Below, one piece after another: positions 8,617-17,747 of a DNA stretch of 54,149 nucleotides. The position numbers and the translations under genes were made by a program. Under the pieces are notes generated by a model. It saw only the letters and a list, made by a program, of their open reading frames with translations, was not told the DNA's origin and did not search any database. The DNA is from a virus, in the IMG/VR virus record IMGVR_UViG_3300045988_053918, positions 1 through 54,149 of that record, one strand, 5' to 3'. Within the stretch, counting starts at the first letter, position 1, and every line of letters starts with the position of its first letter.

Positions 8617-9066
8617 ATGGATAGATATTTGTACAAGGCAAAAAGGATTAATAACGGAGAATGGGTTACAGGCTCTCTGCTCACTTGTGAAGATGGAACA
8701 TGTAAGATTGCAACAAGTTTGTTAGAGGTCAAAACCAATGGACCAATACTTGTATGTGCTTATGATGTGGATAGAGATACTATCTGCCAATGTATTGGCT
8801 TGAAAGATAAGAACGGCAAGCTGATTTGGAAGAATGATATTGTAAAAGATATCTTCAGTGACACATGCGCACCAATTAAATATGGCAGTTATCAAAACTG
8901 TTTTGATAACACAAAAGCAGAGCATATCGGATTTTATGTAGACTGGTCAGACAAGTATACTAAAAGATACAGAAAAGATTTAGGTTATTGGATAAATATG
9001 GTTAATGCAAAGATTATCGGCAACATTTTTGACAATCCCGAGTTATTAGAAAGTGAGGAAAAGTAA
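8617..9066 (+). CDS. YopX-family protein
   Basis: C-terminal IIGNIFDNPELLE signature; AGGAGA RBS. Confidence 0.75.
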   Translation: MDRYLYKAKRINNGEWVTGSLLTCEDGTCKIATSLLEVKTNGPILVCAYDVDRDTICQCIGLKDKNGKLIWKNDIVKDIFSDTCAPIKYGSYQNCFDNTKAEHIGFYVDWSDKYTKRYRKDLGYWINMVNAKIIGNIFDNPELLESEEK

Positions 9067-9497
9067 TGAACAGAGTAATTTTATGTGGGAGAGCTGTTAG
9101 AGAGCCAGAGATTAGATATTCACAGACAGTAAACGGAAGTATGGCAGTAGCAAGGTACACATTAGCTGTTGACAGAGCTTTTAAGAAAGAGGGCGAACAG
9201 GCAGCAGACTTTATTAACTGTATCGCATTTGGCAAGAATGGAGAGTTTGCAGAGAAGTATTTACATCAGGGAACAAAGATAATTGTTGAGGGTAGATGGC
9301 AGACAGGCAACTACACTAACAGGGACGGACAGAAAGTCTACACTAATGATTGTGTTGTTGAAAGACACGAATTTTGTGAAAGCAGAGCTACGCAGCAGCA
9401 GAATAACAATAATGGACTATTACCTAACAATCCAAGCACTAATGACGAATTTATGAACATTCCTGATGATGTAGAAGATAAGCTTCCGTTTAATTAG
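9066..9497 (+). CDS. ssb: Single-stranded DNA-binding protein
   Basis: MNRVILCGRAVREPEIRY...FINCIAFGKNGEFAEKYL..GRWQTGNYTNRDGQKVY; acidic tail DDVEDKLPFN. Confidence 0.9.
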   Translation: MNRVILCGRAVREPEIRYSQTVNGSMAVARYTLAVDRAFKKEGEQAADFINCIAFGKNGEFAEKYLHQGTKIIVEGRWQTGNYTNRDGQKVYTNDCVVERHEFCESRATQQQNNNNGLLPNNPSTNDEFMNIPDDVEDKLPFN

Positions 9498-9540
9498 ATT
9501 GGAGGGGCAGTCGCTTATGTAACTGCCAGAAAGGAGAGCA

Positions 9541-9735
9541 ATGATGACAAGAAACGATATTATCGCAGAATATATAAAGCAGAACTATCCAGAAATTCTT
9601 GCAACTACAGATTTTGCAGTTTTCCAATTTAGAATAGCTTGCATATCATTTTCTGATGCGGTTCGTAAATCCATAAGAAGCGTAGATTTTAGCAAATTAA
9701 AAGAAACGCTCAAGTCTTTAAACAAGAAGGAGTGA
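9541..9735 (+). CDS. Hypothetical protein
   Basis: AAAGGAG RBS; 64 aa. Confidence 0.55.
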   Translation: MMTRNDIIAEYIKQNYPEILATTDFAVFQFRIACISFSDAVRKSIRSVDFSKLKETLKSLNKKE

Positions 9736-9741
9736 TGAAGT

Positions 9742-10059
9742 ATGGGATTGATAGATGCAGAAGCATTTGAAAAATCGGTTATGTTTGGTGATGCGGAAGA
9801 TATGCAAGATGTAATTTATGCATTGCGCAATTATCCAATCACCTATGATATTGATAAGGTTGTAGAGCGGTTGAAAACAGACTCTTCTGTAAGATTGTAT
9901 GGAAGTAGCAACAGCAATAATTATCTTATCCCCCTTGAAAAGGCGATAGAGATAGTAAAGTCCGGTGCTGCATCTGTAGATAGAGAACATATCCGGTCAG
10001 ATGCGGGAGAATCAGCGATTAAGAATCATATAATGCAAAGGTTTATGCGGAAGGAGTAG
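9742..10059 (+). CDS. Hypothetical protein
   Basis: AAGGAG upstream; 105 aa. Confidence 0.55.
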   Translation: MGLIDAEAFEKSVMFGDAEDMQDVIYALRNYPITYDIDKVVERLKTDSSVRLYGSSNSNNYLIPLEKAIEIVKSGAASVDREHIRSDAGESAIKNHIMQRFMRKE

Positions 10060-10062
10060 AAA

Positions 10063-10296
10063 ATGAGCAAGAATACAGTCGTTGTAAGAGAATGTGATAA
10101 TTGCGGCGCTGAGTTCAATGATAGAACTGTTTCCAAAAGATTGCACGCTAAATATTGCCCCAGATGTCAAAGAGCTTACAACAAGGCTATTGACGATACA
10201 GTTAAGGCTGTTAAAGAAAAACACGCTTTTACTATCCAGGAAGAACATGAACTTGATTCCATTGCAAAGATTTTAAAGGCAGGTGGCAATTCTTGA
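10063..10296 (+). CDS. Zinc-ribbon protein
   Basis: CDNCG...CPRCQ; AAGGAG RBS. Confidence 0.55.
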   Translation: MSKNTVVVRECDNCGAEFNDRTVSKRLHAKYCPRCQRAYNKAIDDTVKAVKEKHAFTIQEEHELDSIAKILKAGGNS

Positions 10297-10847
10297 GTTA
10301 TCAGAACATAGCGAGAGCCAAGGCAATAGAGCAGGAAAATAAAAAGCGACTATTGAAGCTGAATCCAAAACTGAATGACAAAAGTGGAATATATTTTCTA
10401 CTCCGAGAAGATGAAAACGGATTTAAGTATGCGTATGTCGGACAGGCGGTACATACACTTAGCAGATTGGCGAGCCACCTTGTAGGTTATGAACAGCACA
10501 TAGACCTTAGTCTACGCAAACATAAGCTATATGACAAAGAGAAAAATCCTTATGGTTGGCGAGTTGAATTTCTGAATTTTCCCGAAAGCCAGCTTGACGA
10601 GAAAGAGAAGTATTACATCAAACTATATGCCGATAAAGGCTATCAGCTTAGAAATGTCAGTTTAGGTGGACAAGGAGAAAATCGTGCTAGTGGCTCAATA
10701 GGCGAGAGAAAAGCACCTAAAGGCTATATGCAGGGCATACAGCAAGGCAAAAAGGTGTTAGCGAGAGAATTATCTTCTATCGCAGAAAAGCACCTTAAAA
10801 TCGAAATTAGAGACGATAAGGCTAATAATAAGGTGTCGCAGAAATAG
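10293..10847 (+). CDS. GIY-YIG nuclease-domain protein
   Basis: SGIYFLLREDENGFKYAYVGQAVHTLSRLASH...EKEKYYIKLY..YQLRN; TTG start. Confidence 0.65.
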   Translation: MSYQNIARAKAIEQENKKRLLKLNPKLNDKSGIYFLLREDENGFKYAYVGQAVHTLSRLASHLVGYEQHIDLSLRKHKLYDKEKNPYGWRVEFLNFPESQLDEKEKYYIKLYADKGYQLRNVSLGGQGENRASGSIGERKAPKGYMQGIQQGKKVLARELSSIAEKHLKIEIRDDKANNKVSQK

Positions 10848-10888
10848 TATGAGAAATTTATGGATTTATTGAAAGTGGGTGGTTCAGA

Positions 10889-11165
10889 ATGAAGATTTTA
10901 AGCAAGAAGAAATACAACAAACTCATTGAAGATTTTTGAGAAATCACAGAAAAAGGTCGAGGAACTCAAAAGGATAAATGACAGTCTTGGGAAAAAGTTA
11001 GAGCATAAAAAGACAAGTTGCAAGCTGAATAATGGCAAGGATTTCTGCTTTAAATGCGAAAACTCTTACAGGTACAAGGCATATTGGGGAACAACAGAAA
11101 TTGAGCGGCGCGGTTGCTTGCTTGATGTTCCTTGCGAGAATTTTAGAAGAAAAGAAAGCGAGTGA
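10889..11165 (+). pseudogene. Hypothetical protein split by a +1 frameshift in a T5 run
   Basis: MKILSKKKYNKLIEDF stops at TGA 10937; dropping one T from 10933-10937 gives ...IEDFEKSQKKVEELKR, continuous with ORF 10926..11165. Confidence 0.6.
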
Positions 11166-11171
11166 TTCAGA

Positions 11172-11402
11172 ATGAGTAAAGCATACAGATGTGATGTTTG
11201 TGGCAAATTTTGTAGTGATTGTTATGAAATAAATGGCTTTGATATTTACACTGATGATTACGCAAAAAGAGGCTATTCAAATGTTGATAAAAAGACAGTG
11301 ATAAATGAAATATGTGATGATTGCTATAACGATATTAAGACCTACATTCACGATAAGGTATTTGAAGCAGCTAAAAAGCGTATAAAAAATTCAATTAACT
11401 AA
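11172..11402 (+). CDS. Zinc-ribbon protein
   Basis: CDVCGKFC...CDDC. Confidence 0.5.
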   Translation: MSKAYRCDVCGKFCSDCYEINGFDIYTDDYAKRGYSNVDKKTVINEICDDCYNDIKTYIHDKVFEAAKKRIKNSIN

Positions 11403-11465
11403 AAATCAAAGAAAGGAATAGGTTGTCGCGACATAAAACTGAGGTTTCCTTTTGGTAGATTTAGA

Positions 11466-12377
11466 ATGTATAAAAAGAAGATTAAATGTGAGATATATCG
11501 TGATTCAATGCAGAATTACAAGAAATATGCAATACCGCCAGCACAGCTTATTATTGCTGATGTTCCTTACAATGTAGGAACTAACTTTTATGGAAGTAAC
11601 CCTATGTGGTACAACGGTGGCGATAACAAAAACGGAGAAAGCAAACTTGCGAAAAAGGCGGCTTTCAATTCTGATTTTAACTTTAATTTGTATGAATACT
11701 TCCATTTTTGTTCAAAAATGTTGAAAAAAGAGGACACAAAGCCTATCGCAAGGGGTAGGAGTAGTAACAGTCCTTGTATGATTGTATTTTGTTCATTTGA
11801 ACAGTTGTCAACATTGATTGCCGCCGCAAAGAAACACGGATTTGTTAATTACATACCGCTTGTATTCTGTAAAAATTACAGTCCACAGGTGCTTAAAGCT
11901 AATATGCGTATCGTAGGTGCTACGGAATATGCACTTGTACTGTACCGAAATAAGTTACCGAAATTCAGAAATGGCTTGCAGATTGATGAAAACGGAAAGA
12001 ATATCAGAGGTACAGGACATATGGTATTTAATTGGTTTGACGGCGGTAATGAAGCGGAATGGGGCAGAACTTACTATAACAATGGTTCATATATGATGTG
12101 GGAGAAAGACGGAAAAGATGTACCGAAAATTCATCCGGCACAAAAGCCTGTAGCAGTCCTTAAAAAGCTGATTGAGATTTTTACAGACGAGGGAGATGTT
12201 GTTATTGACCCTTGTTGCGGTAGCGGTAGCACGCTAAGAGCCGCCGCAGAACTTGACAGAAGTGCATACGGATTCGAGATTGACAGAAACTTTTACGAAC
12301 GTGCAAAGAATGAAATGCTTGTATTTGAAAAGGACAGTCAAATGAATATAAGCGATTTTATAGGAGATACAGTATGA
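11466..12377 (+). CDS. DNA methyltransferase (N6A/N4C, beta-class motif order)
   Basis: IIADVPYNVG (motif IV-like) precedes VIDPCCGSGSTLRAAAELDRSAYGFEID (motif I). Confidence 0.8.
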   Translation: MYKKKIKCEIYRDSMQNYKKYAIPPAQLIIADVPYNVGTNFYGSNPMWYNGGDNKNGESKLAKKAAFNSDFNFNLYEYFHFCSKMLKKEDTKPIARGRSSNSPCMIVFCSFEQLSTLIAAAKKHGFVNYIPLVFCKNYSPQVLKANMRIVGATEYALVLYRNKLPKFRNGLQIDENGKNIRGTGHMVFNWFDGGNEAEWGRTYYNNGSYMMWEKDGKDVPKIHPAQKPVAVLKKLIEIFTDEGDVVIDPCCGSGSTLRAAAELDRSAYGFEIDRNFYERAKNEMLVFEKDSQMNISDFIGDTV

Positions 12378-12631
12378 CACAGGACGGACAGTTTGAATTA
12401 ACTGACTTTTTGAGTAAAAAGATTGAGAGTAAATCTGTTATGGACTTGACAGCTTGGATAAACAGTCAAGGCAAAGCACAATATACGCAGATTGGTGAAG
12501 TTGTAAGGAATGCTTACAGTTTGAATAAAGATAGCGGAGAACTTATTGAAAGGCTTACAAATGCTGTATCGGTGTATGTTCTTAATCAGTCTATGGGATA
12601 TATGGATTATTTACGAAAGGAAAGTGAGTGA
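12374..12631 (+). CDS. Hypothetical protein
   Basis: AGGAGA RBS; start overlaps the upstream stop. Confidence 0.55.
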   Translation: MTQDGQFELTDFLSKKIESKSVMDLTAWINSQGKAQYTQIGEVVRNAYSLNKDSGELIERLTNAVSVYVLNQSMGYMDYLRKESE

Positions 12632-12822
12632 TGAAAGACGAAGCAAAGCAGGAAATACAGATTTTACTTGACCTACTCAAAGGCAGTCTTACAAGAAACG
12701 GTGTAAGTATGGCAACCGACAATAGCGGCAACTTGATGTTTTTTGATACAACAGCTTACATCAAGAGCAAAGGCAAGGAATTTGACGGATTCAGAGTTAA
12801 TATCAACGATTTAGTAAGGTAA
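12628..12822 (+). CDS. Hypothetical protein
   Basis: Translationally coupled 64-aa ORF. Confidence 0.5.
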   Translation: MMKDEAKQEIQILLDLLKGSLTRNGVSMATDNSGNLMFFDTTAYIKSKGKEFDGFRVNINDLVR

Positions 12823-12850
12823 CAATGTGACAGAACTTGAAGAGGTAATT

Positions 12851-13615
12851 ATGGCAGGCAATTTTATTAAAATTGACAGAAAGATTTTAAAGTGGGAATG
12901 GTGGAGTGATATTAATACATTCAGGCTTTTTATGTATATGTTGATAAGCGCCTATTGGAAAGACGGAAATTATAAAGGCAAGATAATTGAAAGAGGGTCT
13001 TTCCCCTCTTCAATATCTGAATTATCAAAAGAAACTAATTTGTCTGTAATGGAAATTCGTACCTCGCTAAAACACTTACAATTAACAGGCGAAATAACAA
13101 GCAAAGCAACAAACAAATTCACGATATTTACTGTGGTTAACTACAATTTGTATCAAACGGATAACAAGCAAGATAACAAACAAATAACAAGCAACTTAAC
13201 AAACAACCAACAAACAGATAACATTCTATTAACAAACTCTATATTAAAAGAAAGTAAGAATGAAAGAACAGAAGAAATTAAAGAAGATAAGAATATAAAA
13301 GAAAAAGATATTACTAACGTAATATCCAAAAAGAAAAGTTATTATCCCAATGATGAATTGCTTGATGAAGCATTTAACGAGTATGTGACAATGCGCAAGA
13401 AAATCAAAAAACCTATATGCACCGACAAGGCATTGCATAGGGCTATGAATACCCTTGAAAAGCTGTCAGGTGGAGATAATGACTTAGCTGTTAAAATTCT
13501 TAATCAATCAGTAGACCATTGCTGGCAAGGATTGTTTGAGCTGAAAGAAGATAATTCTAATAAGCAACAAGGCAAGAAAAATGTATTTGATGAATGGAAA
13601 GAGGCGATAGAATGA
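12851..13615 (+). CDS. Phage replisome organizer / DnaD-like replication protein
   Basis: MAGNFIKIDRKILKWEWWSD.NTFRLFMYML N-terminus and C-terminal ...KILNQSVDHCWQGLFEL. Confidence 0.65.
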   Translation: MAGNFIKIDRKILKWEWWSDINTFRLFMYMLISAYWKDGNYKGKIIERGSFPSSISELSKETNLSVMEIRTSLKHLQLTGEITSKATNKFTIFTVVNYNLYQTDNKQDNKQITSNLTNNQQTDNILLTNSILKESKNERTEEIKEDKNIKEKDITNVISKKKSYYPNDELLDEAFNEYVTMRKKIKKPICTDKALHRAMNTLEKLSGGDNDLAVKILNQSVDHCWQGLFELKEDNSNKQQGKKNVFDEWKEAIE

Positions 13616-14271
13616 CAAAAGAACAGGTTGGCAAACTTTTAATGACAATACAGGCTTATTATCCCAACTACAATCCGCCAGATAAAAAAATTGCTATTAA
13701 AGCTTGGTATGTAATGCTTGCTGAATATCCAGAAAATTTAGTTTTGCAAGCATTAAGAGCTTGTATTGCAACTAACACTAGCGGTTTTGCACCAGATGTA
13801 GGGCAGATAATGAGTAAGATACAAACTATATCACAACCGCAGGAACTTGACGGAATGACAGCTTGGGGGTTGGTTAGTAAGGCGTTACGGAATGGCACAT
13901 ATGGGGCGGTTGAAGAATTTAACAAGCTACCGCCACTTGTCAGGCAAGCGGTTGGTATGCCAGATAACCTTAAAAACTGGGCGACATCAGATTATCAGAC
14001 GATTGAAACAGTAATACAATCAAATTTTCTAAGAACTTACGAAACAGTTGTTAAGCGTGCGAATGAAATTAATCGTATGCCAGACAATATCAAATCACTT
14101 ATCGAAAAGACGAATGCAAATTCGTATAAGGCTCAAATCGAGCAAAAATTCCAAAGAGATATAAATACATTACAAATTAAAGAAAATGCCCTTATCGGTC
14201 AAAATACAAGCGCAGAAGAATATATTGAAGCACCTCAAGATATTCAAGAAAGAATAAACGCCATGAGGTAA
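13612..14271 (+). CDS. Replicative helicase loader/inhibitor-like protein (G39P-like N-terminus)
   Basis: MTKEQVGKLLMTIQAYYPNYNPPD...AWYVMLAEYPENLVLQALRAC; ATGA overlap with the upstream gene. Confidence 0.55.
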   Translation: MTKEQVGKLLMTIQAYYPNYNPPDKKIAIKAWYVMLAEYPENLVLQALRACIATNTSGFAPDVGQIMSKIQTISQPQELDGMTAWGLVSKALRNGTYGAVEEFNKLPPLVRQAVGMPDNLKNWATSDYQTIETVIQSNFLRTYETVVKRANEINRMPDNIKSLIEKTNANSYKAQIEQKFQRDINTLQIKENALIGQNTSAEEYIEAPQDIQERINAMR

Positions 14272-14275
14272 CAGT

Positions 14276-14758
14276 ATGAAACCTAAAAACTGTATTTATC
14301 CTGATTGCTTTAATTGTGCTTTAGATGATTGTTTATACAATACGCTTGAACAGCCGGATATAGTTCAGCAGAATAAACTAGATAAAGAAATTGCTTTTAG
14401 AAATAAATTAGAGCAATTAGAACCTAAGCAAAGAGCAAAGGCTATATATGACAGAATGTATGAACAGAGCGAAAAAGGCAAAGCTAGACGCAGACGATAT
14501 AATCAGTCGGAAGAACATAAAATTAGTCAAAAGAAATATTTTCAGACTGAAAAAGGCAAGGCTGCACAAAAAAGGTATAAGCAATCAGAAAAAGGCAAAG
14601 CTGCACAAAAAAGAATAGAAGCTAAAAGGATTGAAACCGGTAAAAATGCCATATACTGCAAAAGATATCGGGAGAAAAAGAAAAGAGAGGCTATGTTAAA
14701 TGAGCAAGTCGGAACAACGAAGATTTCAAGAACAAATGATGAGAGTTCAATTAAATAG
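14276..14758 (+). CDS. Basic protein with N-terminal Cys cluster and (S/T)EKGKA repeats
   Basis: CIYPDCFNCALDDC followed by QSEKGKARRRRY / QTEKGKAAQKRY / QSEKGKAAQKRI. Confidence 0.55.
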   Translation: MKPKNCIYPDCFNCALDDCLYNTLEQPDIVQQNKLDKEIAFRNKLEQLEPKQRAKAIYDRMYEQSEKGKARRRRYNQSEEHKISQKKYFQTEKGKAAQKRYKQSEKGKAAQKRIEAKRIETGKNAIYCKRYREKKKREAMLNEQVGTTKISRTNDESSIK

Positions 14759-14972
14759 GCAGAAGAATAAAGAAAATAAAGAAATGTTTGGCAATGCCTT
14801 AACAATTCTATTATGGGTCCTACATGATAAATTCGGATTTGGAAATAAGCGACTAGAACGGCTTATTGATGAGATTGATAAATTCAACGAGGGTTTCAAT
14901 GCAGGGCTTATAGATCCGAAAGAACTTATTGAACAGTTAGAAGAAGAGACAAAAATAAAAATTAAATATTAA
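14700..14972 (+). CDS. Hypothetical protein (start uncertain)
   Basis: 90-aa ORF overlapping the end of the upstream gene; internal ATGs at 14736 and 14785 are alternative starts. Confidence 0.45.
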   Translation: MSKSEQRRFQEQMMRVQLNRQKNKENKEMFGNALTILLWVLHDKFGFGNKRLERLIDEIDKFNEGFNAGLIDPKELIEQLEEETKIKIKY

Positions 14973-14984
14973 GGAGTATGGCTT

Positions 14985-15197
14985 ATGAAGTTTTCGGAAC
15001 TTACTAAGCCGGAACTTGAAAAGATATTGGAAAATGCCAATTTTACCGAGGAAGAAGAGAGAATATTCAGACTTCTTTCTCGGAATTTTACACAAAAAGA
15101 GATAGTTGCACGATTATGCGTATCGCAAAGAACTCTTGAAAGGAGAATAAGAAACATTAAAAATAAAATTGAAAGGGTGTGCTGTGATTGGAATTAA
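14985..15197 (+). CDS. Small sigma-70 region-4 / LuxR-type HTH regulator
   Basis: FTEEEERIFRLLSRNFTQKEIVARLCVSQRTLERRIRNIKNKI. Confidence 0.55.
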   Translation: MKFSELTKPELEKILENANFTEEEERIFRLLSRNFTQKEIVARLCVSQRTLERRIRNIKNKIERVCCDWN

Positions 15198-16435
15198 CAG
15201 ACAAAGAGTTGTTGAATTATGTACTGGAGAATGGTATTATCTCTCGTGACGATGTTCAAAAACAAATTGAAATGAACGAAAGGAAAAAATATTTAAAAGC
15301 ACACAATAATGAAATCTGGCAAGGAAAGGATAAGAAGTGGTATACATACTTGCCAGACGAAAGCACATCAAGCGGCAGAAAGCTGCTAAAGCGTTCAACG
15401 CAAGAGTCTCTTGAAGATGGAATTGTGGAACACTACAAGAAACTCGCTAATGAACCTTTAGTTAAGACTGTATTCAAGGAATGGGTAGACCAAAAACTTG
15501 AATATCACGAAATCAAGAAGCAATCATATGATAAGTATAATGATAACTTCGCCAGATTTTTCACTAATGAAGCATATCACATGGCAGATAAGAAAATCAA
15601 GTACATTACAGAAGATGGCTTAGAATGCTTTATTAAGACTGTTATTGTCGAATGTAAACTTACGCAAAAAGCATATTCTGATATGCGAATCCTTATTAAT
15701 GGCATTTTTAAATATGCCAAGAAAAAGGGGTATACCAATCTAAGTATCACACAATTTATGGGAGACTTGGATTTATCACGCAGAGCTTTTACTAAAAATG
15801 TGAAAAAGAAAGAGGAACAAGTGTATTTCGAGGATGAAATTCCAAGAATCACAGAATATCTATGGCAACGATATGATATAAGGAGCTTGGGATTATTGCT
15901 TATGTTTGAGTGCGGAATGAGAGCTGGCGAGTTATCATCACTTAAGTTTTCTGATATTCACAACACTGTACTGAAAGATGGAACTATTAAACATTATATT
16001 TCTATACAAAGAACAGAAATTAAGGTCAGAGATGAAAATGGGAAATGGGCTAAGATAGTAAGCGACTATCCTAAATCTGACGCAGGATTAAGAGATATAA
16101 TTATTCCAGACAAAGCTGTAAATACTGTTAAGGCAATTCGTAGATTAAATCCTTTTGGAACTTATATGTTTGAAGAAAAGGGAGAGCGTATAAAGGAACA
16201 AGCATTTAACAGAAAGTTGCATAAGATATGTAAGGCACTGGATATTAATTATCGTTCCACGCACAAAGTCCGCCGGGCATACAGTGTTGCGTTGTATGAT
16301 AATTGCGTGAGTGACACTGTTATAACAGAAATGATGGGGCATACAAGCATTGAGACAACAAGAAAATATTACATTTACAGTAATAAGACTGATAGGACTA
16401 AGATTGAGCAAGTTAATAATGCTATCAATTATTAG
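15188..16435 (+). CDS. int: Tyrosine recombinase / phage integrase
   Basis: C-terminal catalytic region ...RAGELSSLKF...HKVRRAYSVALYD...MGHTSIETTRKYY; TTG start. Confidence 0.9.
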   Translation: MELTDKELLNYVLENGIISRDDVQKQIEMNERKKYLKAHNNEIWQGKDKKWYTYLPDESTSSGRKLLKRSTQESLEDGIVEHYKKLANEPLVKTVFKEWVDQKLEYHEIKKQSYDKYNDNFARFFTNEAYHMADKKIKYITEDGLECFIKTVIVECKLTQKAYSDMRILINGIFKYAKKKGYTNLSITQFMGDLDLSRRAFTKNVKKKEEQVYFEDEIPRITEYLWQRYDIRSLGLLLMFECGMRAGELSSLKFSDIHNTVLKDGTIKHYISIQRTEIKVRDENGKWAKIVSDYPKSDAGLRDIIIPDKAVNTVKAIRRLNPFGTYMFEEKGERIKEQAFNRKLHKICKALDINYRSTHKVRRAYSVALYDNCVSDTVITEMMGHTSIETTRKYYIYSNKTDRTKIEQVNNAINY

Positions 16436-16440
16436 GATTT

Positions 16441-16655
16441 TGATTACAAAGTAATCAAAGTAATCAAGGCACAAAGCCAGAAGCCCTGTAATAGAGCGAA
16501 ATAAGGGAGTAGTCAATGCAGTTCGATTCTCTCATCCCCTGCTATTTTTTCAAGGAGAAGAAACACTGCAAACCCGCATAAACACTGAATGAAAGGAGAT
16601 TTTTTGAACATCGTCTTTTTGTAAGGAAATAAAGAGGTAATCAAGAAAGTAATCA
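16441..16655. other. Putative attP region (arm-type repeats flanking a tRNA-3'-end-like core)
   Basis: GTAATCA at 16451, 16460, 16637 and 16649, plus an inverted copy at 16441; GTTCGATTCTCTCATCCCCTGCTA (16521-16544) resembles a tRNA T-loop to 3' end. Confidence 0.45.
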
Positions 16656-16668
16656 TAGAAGTTTAGCA

Positions 16669-16694
16669 AACGCCGTAATGGCGTTATTTTTTTT
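16669..16694 (+). terminator. Rho-independent terminator
   Basis: AACGCC-GTAAT-GGCGTT followed by a T8 run. Confidence 0.75.
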
Positions 16695-16783
16695 GCTTAT
16701 TTTTGGCGGATAACTGGCTTTTATATGGCGGTTAGTCCGTCTTTTTTTATGTCAAAATATAATCAGAAAGAGAGGTAGTGCGA

Positions 16784-16942
16784 ATGTTTTCTGATGAAGT
16801 TAGAGAAAAAATCTTAAGTAAAGAAGAACTGCAAAAACTTGACTTAGTGACATTATCTCTCGCTATCCACGCAATTGAAGAAGTCTTGGAGGAGGTAAAA
16901 GATGATAAACAATCCTTATCAGACAACACCTATGATGAATAA
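16784..16942 (+). CDS. 52-aa hypothetical protein
   Basis: AGAGAGG RBS; ATG 16784; TAA 16940-16942; below the track cutoff. Confidence 0.45.
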   Translation: MFSDEVREKILSKEELQKLDLVTLSLAIHAIEEVLEEVKDDKQSLSDNTYDE

Positions 16943-17450
16943 TTCTTATATGCAATCTCAAAATCCATATATGGATAGAATGAACTTTTTGCAAAATTAT
17001 CAGCAGAGCTTGCAACAGCCAGTGGCAGGGACACAAATGTCCTTAGCAAATCAACAGGCTATGCCCCAGCAGATAGCAGGCATTAACGGAAGAATAGTAC
17101 AGACAGTTGAAAATATTAATGCAAATGAAGTGCCTATGGATGGCTCAATGGCATTTTTCCCAAAACAGGATATGTCGGAGATTTATGTCAAGGGTTGGAA
17201 TGCTAACGGAACTATTAATACGATTGTATATAAGCCTTATACAGAACCAGGCGGAAGCAATGCTGGCAATCCGACAGCTGACATAGAAAACGCTAAATTT
17301 ACCCTATCAGACGAAAGCACACAGCTATTTCTGAATAAGTTTGAAGAACTATCAGAGAAAATAGGACAGTTGGAAGATAGATTTGATAAATCTTTAGGAA
17401 CACAAAGAAAAACTTCAAGAACTCAAAGCAAGGGCGGTGATGAAGAATGA
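16902..17450 (+). CDS. Gln/Asn/Met/Pro-rich protein with a folded central segment and C-terminal coiled coil
   Basis: GGAGGAGG RBS; MINNPYQTTPMMNNSYMQSQNPYMDRMNFLQNYQQSLQQP... Confidence 0.65.
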   Translation: MINNPYQTTPMMNNSYMQSQNPYMDRMNFLQNYQQSLQQPVAGTQMSLANQQAMPQQIAGINGRIVQTVENINANEVPMDGSMAFFPKQDMSEIYVKGWNANGTINTIVYKPYTEPGGSNAGNPTADIENAKFTLSDESTQLFLNKFEELSEKIGQLEDRFDKSLGTQRKTSRTQSKGGDEE

Positions 17451-17677
17451 ACCCAATTAACATTTTTCAGATGATGAAAGCTGGTCCGCAACAGTTCATA
17501 CAGCGGATGATGGGAAATAATCAGATTATGAGCAATCCTATGATGAAAAACACTATGCAGATGGCACAGCAGGGCAATATGCAAGGCATAGAGCAGATGG
17601 CTAGAAATTTATGCAAAGAAAAGGGGTTAAATGCAGATGATGTATTTAATCAGATAAAAAGCAGATTTGGTAATTAG
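17447..17677 (+). CDS. Small Met/Gln/Asn-rich protein
   Basis: ATGA-coupled to the upstream gene; MNPINIFQMMKAGPQQFIQRMMGNNQIMSNPMMKNTMQMAQQGNMQG. Confidence 0.6.
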   Translation: MNPINIFQMMKAGPQQFIQRMMGNNQIMSNPMMKNTMQMAQQGNMQGIEQMARNLCKEKGLNADDVFNQIKSRFGN

Positions 17678-17747
17678 TAGCATATTAGATGTCTTTGCAA
17701 ACTACCTAGGTGACATCTTTATGAATATATTTTTAGGAGGTAACAAT

